Position numbers and translations under genes: made by a program
Notes under the pieces: generated by a model
The model's input: the letters and a program-made list of their open reading frames with translations, nothing else
Told to the model about the DNA's origin: nothing
Database searches by the model: none
NCBI GenBank assembly: GCA_021613535.1
Contig: CP075492.1
Location: 8,133,653-8,197,652 of the forward strand
Reading direction: 5' to 3'
Length of the DNA: 64,000 nt
DNA from: Adineta vaga
Taxonomy: Eukaryota > Animalia > Rotifera
Shown: positions 25,801 through 34,800 of the stretch, one piece after another
How positions within the stretch are numbered: the stretch's first letter is position 1
Layout: the number at the start of each line of letters is the position of its first letter

Positions 25801-28800
25801 ATATGTATAGCCCACATCAGTTGTTATAGTACGACTAGGTGTAGTGCTTCCTTCGAGCCAAATTTGAATCTTGTTATCACCTCTATTTGCAACGTAGACA
25901 GTATTGTTTTTATCGACAAAAATACCAAAGGGTTCGACGCCCACTGTTGTACTCGTAGCGAATGTAATTGCATTTCCACTCCATATTGCATATGGACTAA
26001 ATTTTGGTTGATTGTATGAAATAACTATAACAAAATCACATTATATTTGGTTTTCATCGGGAGTTTTTTGACAACTGTGAAATTCTTCTACCTCAAAGTT
26101 ACTCATATAAGTCCTGTTGCGACGAAAACTGCATCATCATGATGCATATCATCGTTCTTTTATAAATAATCGAAATCAACAAAAGAGGAAATAGAAAAAT
26201 ACATGCATGTGTATGATTTATGTTGTCTCTTTCGACGACGAAATGAGTAGTGAATCTGATGAGAAACTTGCAATATCAATCTTTTTGTCCTTGTCATCTC
26301 TAATAGTAGAATAGATGATATAGATCATATAGTATCAGTGTTTGTCATAAGCTTTCTTACAAACGATGATCTATCATGTCAACTGAAACGGTAGTCTTAT
26401 TATTCGTAATCTCGCATGTATCATATTGTTAACGTAGCAGCTCTCGGAATTCTATCTTTTTCTCTCTCTCTCTCTATCTACCTTGTTATCTTTGTTTTCT
26501 ATTCTTCTATACATATATATATATATGTGTGTTCTTGTATGAAGAGGTTAGTTAGGTTTTTATTTTATATAAATAAACATCGTCAGCTCGAATACGAGCT
26601 AACATATTGGTGCCGTGACCGGTCTTTTTCTATTTTTTTCCATCGAAAAAGAATCAAGTACCAGGTCTTTATAAACTCATCCTTCATCAGGAAAGAGTGA
26701 TTATTATTTCATCCGTGACGGAAAGAGAGTCAGGTGAATTCATCAATCAAAATTATTAATTATAATTACTGAAATTATTCAGTCGAAGAAGGTATAGTAT
26801 TCTTCACATATACGATTCGCTTTCATTCTTTGAAAATATCTATACGAACACGGCTGACGGCATTCGAAGAAGAACAAAGAGAATAAGTGCAAACCTTTAT
26901 CCATACGAAATAATAACGTAATCATCAAAACAAACACGTCGGCAAAACACACGAAAAATTTGTCTATACACAACATGACGAAAGACACCGCATTAAACAA
27001 TACCTCGACGAACGAAACGCACTCGGACGATACGATGACGAAAAACACCTCGATGCTGATGGGAGCAACGAAAAATACCTCGACCGATGTGAACCCGATG
27101 GAACTTCGACAATTACATTCCAGTCAACAGGAAGCCATGAAGAAAATTAATGAGTATTCGGGAGAATCTAATGAATTGGATATTGATGAATGGTTATATG
27201 ATCTAACTAATTTATTCTCGCTAATGCAATTACAAGATGAAACAAAAATATTGTTGACGATGGGAAAATTAACCGGATCAGCATTACGATGGTATCAAGG
27301 AAATTTAACATCATTTGGTGATTGGAAGGAAGCAGAAGAAGCATTACGAGATCGATTCAAAACATTCACGTCAGATGGTCAATTAGTACAAGAATTCTTC
27401 CAGCTTCGACAAGAAGAAGATCAATCAACTACAGCATTTTACGATATGGTTATGCGCAAATATCGAAAAGCAAGTGGATTAGTTACTGAAAAACAAATCA
27501 TTACGGTACTACAAGCAGGTGTGAAACATTCATTGAAGGAACAATTAATTCGAAATGAAGTTAATATCTCGAAACCCGAAGAATGGCTGCTGATGGCAAG
27601 GGAAGAAGAACATATACAACGACGAATTCAACAACGCAATACACCACCACGAGCAGCAACACAAATACCATATTTCGAATCAACATTACCGACGGCAACA
27701 ATTCAACAATCATCATCGCATCGCCGATACGCACAACAACATGCCGGTGGAAATCAACAGGAATATCAACCATATGAACGACGTTCAAGTACAGTACGAC
27801 AACAACCAAATAATCGACGGAATACGACTCAACGGTCGAAACCATGTTTAATCTGCAATCGAACGAACCATTCGACGATGCAATGCTTCTATAAGAAGGA
27901 AGATGGTTGCTTTAGATGTGGACAGTCAAATCATCGAATACGTGATTGTCCGCAACGTTATTTTTTCGAGTAAAGGGATCGGTTGATGGCGACGATCCTT
28001 GTGGACTTCAAAAGTCATCATCATCGACAACAACATCAACATCATCACTTACAACAACAACTGAAACATACAATCCAATCTTTGTCAAAATCTTATGCAA
28101 TAATACTCCACAAGAAGCACTAATCGATACAGGATCGGCCATCACAATAATTCACAAACGTCTATTGAACAAGATCCCGCACAAACAATTTATACCACGA
28201 CTAAAGAATCATCTATCAGCCAGTTGCTCAGCAGTGAACATTATCGGCGAAGTAACATTATTCATCAATATCGAAGGAATTACGACTCAAGTGACTGCTG
28301 ATGTAGCAACAAATCTCGTTACAAATTTAATACTTGGTAGTGATTGGATTCAAACAAACAATGTATACATATTAACTCCCGAAAAGCGAATTATGATGAA
28401 AAAACGAGGTAGAGAAGTATCAACTCCTTTTATAAAACCACCAATTTTGAACTATCCAGCAACACTTGTTAATTATATTACACTTTCTCCTTTTTCAGAA
28501 CACATTATAGAAGCTCAACTGCAACAAGAAAAGATAGTCGATGCATTATTTGAACCAAATCCTCATTTACAACGTAAAGCATTATTTATGGCATGTACAT
28601 TACTTAACATCAACGACGGAAAAGCAACGATCAGTATCATAAATGCAACGAATCGACGACAAACACTTTCGGAAGGCACACGGATTGGTATGGTGACACA
28701 GATGGCAAATTCGGTTAATCTTATAGTACCATCGAACCATCCCGATGAACGCATTCCGAAAGGAAAAGCGTGTGAACAGCTCATTCCGAAAGGAAAAGTA

Positions 28801-31800
28801 GCGAATGAAGGAATTAGCAATGCCAGTTCGGAACATCGACAGACAACAACAACAGACAACACCGAGCACAAATGTCGAAACTGTTCACAACGATTCGTCG
28901 CAAAGAACGATTTATTCAAACACCTGCGTGAACAATGTTATCCTGATGAAATACGGGAACAAATTGGAAAATTAACTTCACATATTTCCGACGATACGCA
29001 ACGAAACAAGATCACGAATGTCCTATGGAGATACGGAAATTTATTCGATCTTCGACAACCATCAAAGATTGACATTATTTTGAAGAATGCAATCGACACA
29101 GGTATTCATAGACCAGTACATACTCCACCATATCGCAAATCCAACAGAGACCAAGAAACATTACGTGAAGAAACACAAAAACTACTGGAAAATGATATTA
29201 TTGAACATTCAACGTCGCCATGGTCATCACCTGTAGTACTAGTTAAAAAGAAAGATGGAACAACAAGATTTTGTGTAGATTATCGTCGACTCAATCAAAT
29301 TACAACTAAAGATGCTTTTCCATTACCACGAATTGATGATATTTATGATCAATTAACCCAAGCAACATATTTTAGCAAATTTGATTTCAAAGCAGGTTAT
29401 TTTCAAGTACCATTAGACAAAGCCGATCGACCAAAAACAGCATTTTCTACAAGAGATGGTCATTTCCAATTCAAAGTATTACCACAAGGACTTACAAATG
29501 GACCACCAACTTTTCAACGAATTGTCAATCAAATACTCGGTCCGAATCGATGGAAGCACATGTTGGCATACATCGATGATATTATAATATATTCACGAAC
29601 ATTTCTTGAACATGTACAACATATTGAAGAAGTATGTTCATTATTGCATGACGCAAATTTCAAGTTAAATATAGTAAAATGTGAAATCGCACGTACAGAA
29701 ATATTATTTCTCGGACACATCATCAAGCAAGGTACAATTCAACCAGATCCAGAAAACATCCGTGATTTAGCAGATGTTCGTGAACCAACATCAGCAGAAG
29801 AGGCATTCCGATTCGTCAAAGCTGCGGAATATTATCGCAAATTCATTCCAAAATTCTCGATCATTGCAGCACCACTACACAAATATTCACCAACAACATT
29901 ACAACAGCAGAAGAATAACAAGAAAACAAAATTCGAAATAACAGAAGAAGCACGAACAGCATTTCATCAACTGAAGCACATCTTAACAACGGATCTTATC
30001 CTCAATTTACCTGATGATGATATGCAATTTAAATTACAAACGGATGCAAGTGTCGATGGAATTGGTGCTGTTCTATTACAAATTACACCAAACGGTGATC
30101 GACCACTAGCATACATGTCGAAGAAATTAACCAAAACACAAATTAACTGGCCTACCATCGAACAAGAATGTTATGCAATTGTTCAAGCTGTGGAGAAATG
30201 GGACAAATATCTTCGTGGACAGGAATTTATTTTAGAAACAGATCATGAACCATTAGTCCACTTCAACAACAAAGAACAACTGAACAAAAGGTGTGAACGT
30301 TGGCGATTGCGACTAGCTGAATATCGATTCAAGGTGAAGCATATACAAGGTAAGAAGAATAATATGGCAGATTATTTATCTAGATCACCGGTGGAAATAG
30401 CTCATGAAGATAACGACGACCGACTTCAATATGAAACGAAATCAACACAAACAGAAACATCATCACCAACGTCCAACCATGAACATCCACCTGTACGAAT
30501 AATCACAGCTATTACACGAGCTCAAGCAAAATTACAACAGCAGAATGAGCTCATCCCGCAAGGGAAAGAAGCGAAAACTCAATCGGAGGATGATCCGAAT
30601 CGGATCATACCCTTCGATTTGGACGATCTCAGGGAAGCACAGGAACGAGATGATGTCGTGAAACAAATTAAAACCAACATCAACAAACAAAAGCAATATA
30701 CAATAGAAGACGGATTATTATTACGAAGACAAAAATCATCAATTTTAGCAGTACCATTTGTTTCACAGGGAAGAATGCGTGCTGATATTTTGAAAATTTA
30801 TCATGATACACCTGGTAATGGTGCACATTTTGGTCGTGACAAAACAGTACGAAAAATACAAGAACGATATTACTGGCCAACAATGACAGCAGATATTGAA
30901 AATCATGTCAAATCCTGTTTACCATGTGCACAGAACAATCATCGTCGTCAAAAACCACCAGGAAAATTACAACCAATACCACCACCTGATGGAATATGGA
31001 AAGTACTTAGTATGGATTTCCATGGACCAATAAATCCAACAACACGACGAGGTAATCGATACATTATATCATTAACCGATGTCTTATCAAAATTCGTCAT
31101 AACAAAAGCAGTTCGCGATTGTTCAGCAAAAACAACAGTTGATTTCCTTACCAACGATGTTATCTTGAAATATGGAACACCAACATGCATTTTAACTGAT
31201 AATGGTACTCACTTCACAGCAGAAACAACGAACAATTTACTTATGAAACTTGGTGTCACTCATTTATATACAACAGCTTATCATCCACAAACAAATGGAC
31301 AAATTGAACGTTTTAATGCAACAATGGATGGTAAAATAGCATCATTATGCAACGAACAACGTACAGATTGGGATGAAATGTTACAATTCGTTACATTTAA
31401 TTACAACACATCCATACATGCAACAACAAAACATACACCATTTGAAATGATGCACGGTCGACAAGCTAGTCTTCCATTCGATCAACAACGGACACTTATT
31501 TCACTTACAAACGACACTGAACATGGAGAAAAACTTCGAAATTACCTGGAAAAATTAACAGATGATGCACGGAAAAATATTCATAAATCTCAGCAACAAT
31601 ATAAGACTCGATATGATCAACATCGACAAGAATTATCGATCAAAATTAATGATTTAGTCCTGATTAAAACCAGAAGTTTTCGAAACAAATTCGATATTAG
31701 GTACGAAGGTCCATTTCGAATTATCGAACAATTAGGAAGAAAAACATTCATTGTACAACATGTGAAGAAAACAACATTAACAAAACAAGTTACAATGGAT

Positions 31801-34800
31801 GTCATCGTTCCATTAGTAGAACGATGGAATTTACATGACTAAACACATCCCACTAGGGAAAGGTGTAAATCGACTGTGAACATAATTGACTTCATTAAAA
31901 TGTATATTTATATTTATATGAATAAAATACATGAATTTGATTTAGCAGATCATGTCGGGGAGATAGGTTTCCCCTTCTCACTGATAAGATGGGGCTATCA
32001 AAGATATATATATATATCACATAGTCATATATGTATAAGCGACATCTATTTTTTTCTATTCATATGAACATTTAATCGATATATCATGGCGATCACGTGC
32101 AGACGACATGATACGACGGATGATCCATATGGACGAAGCCGATTACCTTACAAGAACACGACACGGTCGATCTCACCACATCACAGAACAGGAAAGAAAA
32201 AGATGTAAACAAGATCATATAGTCATGCCACTTTCATCTATACGCGTATATGACGACGCGAGTATTTATATATATATATATACCCAGGTCGAAAAATCCG
32301 AGCCGGATCCGGTCGGAACCAAAATATTCCGGTCATTTCATGGAAGCAGGATTCCGACCCGGATATTTTCGGATTTTTCCACTCGCTTCTGACTAACTTC
32401 CAGTAAGTTCCAGTCGGAAAACGACTGGAATTCACCAGAACAGTCCGAGAAATTCCGATCGGAATACTGCTTCCACTCTCCTTTGTTTTCCGGTTGGAAC
32501 CTTTTGGAACTAGCTGAAACCGTCCGGAATATCCTCGGAAATGCGTGATTTCTGGCAGGTTCCTTTCGGATCCGGAGGCCGGAACGTCCGTTCTGGGTAT
32601 AACGGACAGGAAAGAAAGAAAAAAGGACAACAAAGGAATGAAAAATTTTAGGAAACGAAAAACAAAAGCATGGAAAATTACGAAGAAAAACAGAAGAAAG
32701 AAGAACGAAAGGATAACCTTTCACCGGAGTGACCGTCGCCAGACTATCAAGTAAATCACTTTATTTACTTTATTTATTTTCTAATAGTAGAATGCACTCA
32801 ACAAAATCACCAAAATCAAGCTGGATGAGAAACCAACGACAGATGGAGAAGAATGAAGAACTTCGAGGATTACATCCCGAATATCGTCCATCAGCAAATC
32901 TCGAAATTGTCCACGTACATCATCGATCGACCATACAATCAATCGAAGAATTAATAAAAAAGGCAATACAAACAAGAAGATTCGTCGTCGATACAGAATC
33001 TCAATGGAAAATATTACGAAAAGGTGAACCTCGAACAAATGGAGCTTTGATCCAAATCCAGATGATACATTCACCAAGCAAGTCAACAGTGGTCCTCATC
33101 GAAACATGTTATCTACCAGGCACAACATCAACGTTATACAAGAAAATCAAACAATTGTGTGACACCATCTTCGACAACAACAATGAAATTATCACATGGG
33201 GACCAATCGAGCAAAAATTTGAGCCTTTTCATCATTTAAATTTCATTCATTTAGGAGCAATTCGTGAATGTGACTTGCAATTCTACATTAGCAATCCAAG
33301 TCAAATTTATGATTCGCATCCAGAAATGGAAAGGCGAGAGACAACCGGAAATGTGTCGATGGAAATCAACACACCTGGTGATGAACTTATCGTCCATGTG
33401 GACGAGGATGATTTGTGGAACTTCGACGATAATCTCGGTAATTTTCGAAAAAAAGAAAAATTGAATCCACCTTTAGGTTTACAAGCCGTCGTGGCCGAAA
33501 ACTTCAACAAATTTCTGGACAAATCGTACACAAAAAATGAATGGAACTGTGGATTAGATCTTCATTTAGGAACATGGCAAGAAAAACGATTTAGCAAAGG
33601 TCAATATGATAAATATCAAGAACAACAAGAACGTACAGAAATGATACGATATGCCGTCAACGATTGTGCATCGGTTGCTGAACTTTACTTTGAAAAATAT
33701 CCGGAAACAACGAACGATTACTTGACACCACCAGAAACGCCAACAACAACAATCATTCAAATTTCACACCTGAACACAATCTCCTCTTCGAATGAACAAG
33801 AATTAAGTCAACGATCAAAATCAAATCATGGTGAGACATTGACTAAAAAAGAAATATATTTAGATCGACCAGATTTGTTATTCAAAATGAACGAAGATGA
33901 ACTTGTACAATTTCAACAACCAGTATTCGACAAAGTGGAAGAACCAGTTCAACAAGCACAACAACCAGTTCCACAACAATTTCAACGAACACCTGAAGAA
34001 GAACATCAAAAGAAGAAAGAAAGACAAAGGAAGAAGAACGAAAAATACAAGGAGAAGAAAAGAACTCGTCCAGATTTTATAAATCGTCTAACAAGACCCA
34101 TCTACTACAAATACAACTACCAAAAAATTCGAGCTCAACTGATAGACGATGAAATACATCACACACATCAAATCAACATTAATGAAGACAAAGATGCAGT
34201 GACGATCAACTTCAAGTCCCGAGAGTTACTTGAAGCAGCAAGAACAAAAATGCGGGTGAATTATTTTTCAGAAAATCAATACTACAGGAGATGGGGAAGA
34301 AGAAAAGAAGAAAAAAAGAAGAATTAGTGGTGGTGGTGATTCACATGTGTGAGGACACACGATCTCATACTGGTGGGGAAGAATGTTAACGTAGCAGCTC
34401 TCGGAATTCTATCTTTTTCTCTCTCTCTCTCTATCTACCTTGTTATCTTTGTTTTCTATTCTTCTATACATATATATATATATGTGTGTTCTTGTATGAA
34501 GAGGTTAGTTAGGTTTTTATTTTATATAAATAAACATCGTCAGCTCGAATACGAGCTAACACATATGATTTGTGAGATCTATGCATTGATCAACTATTCA
34601 AAAGTATGATTGTCTCTCATACTCTTCTCAACTTGTTTTTTTTCCTTGATCGATTTTCATCAATCATTCTCACTGACCTTTCCAACAACTTATTCATAAT
34701 TCACTATCGATATTTGCACCCTTAGAATTATAGTTCAAAAGATCTGTACGAAAAAGTACACTAAACAATCAGATTACCATTTGAATAAGAACTTGGCACA

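Larger units (their letters stand above)
26427..34561 (+). mobile_element. Intact Ty3/gypsy-type LTR retrotransposon (8135 bp) with an extra 3' ORF, inserted antisense in an intron of the PKD1-like gene
   Basis: Direct 178-bp LTRs at 26427..26604 and 34384..34561 (TGTTAACG...GAGCTAACA), identical as far as I can read them. A 5-bp target-site duplication CATAT lies at 26422..26426 and 34562..34566. Also present are a PBS, PPT, gag, pol (PR-RT-RNH-IN) and ORF3. Confidence 0.85.

Noticed and set aside
26416-26700. 94-aa ORF MYHIVNVAALGILSFSLSLSIYLVIF..., duplicated at 34349..34609
   Set aside because: The two copies are identical because they are the two LTRs of the retrotransposon. The 'protein' is low-complexity translation of the (CT)n and (AT)n LTR microsatellites.
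28563-28919. Antisense ORFs inside pol (28563..28919, 28600..28869; also 27561..27845 inside gag)
   Set aside because: They overlap well-supported gag/pol coding sequence on the opposite strand. They have no motifs.
32238-32724. Two overlapping minus-strand ORFs (131 and 128 aa) between pol and ORF3
   Set aside because: They are confined to the GC-rich CCGGAA-motif island, with no start or splice context and no domain. Open frames are expected by chance in GC-rich sequence within an AT-rich genome.
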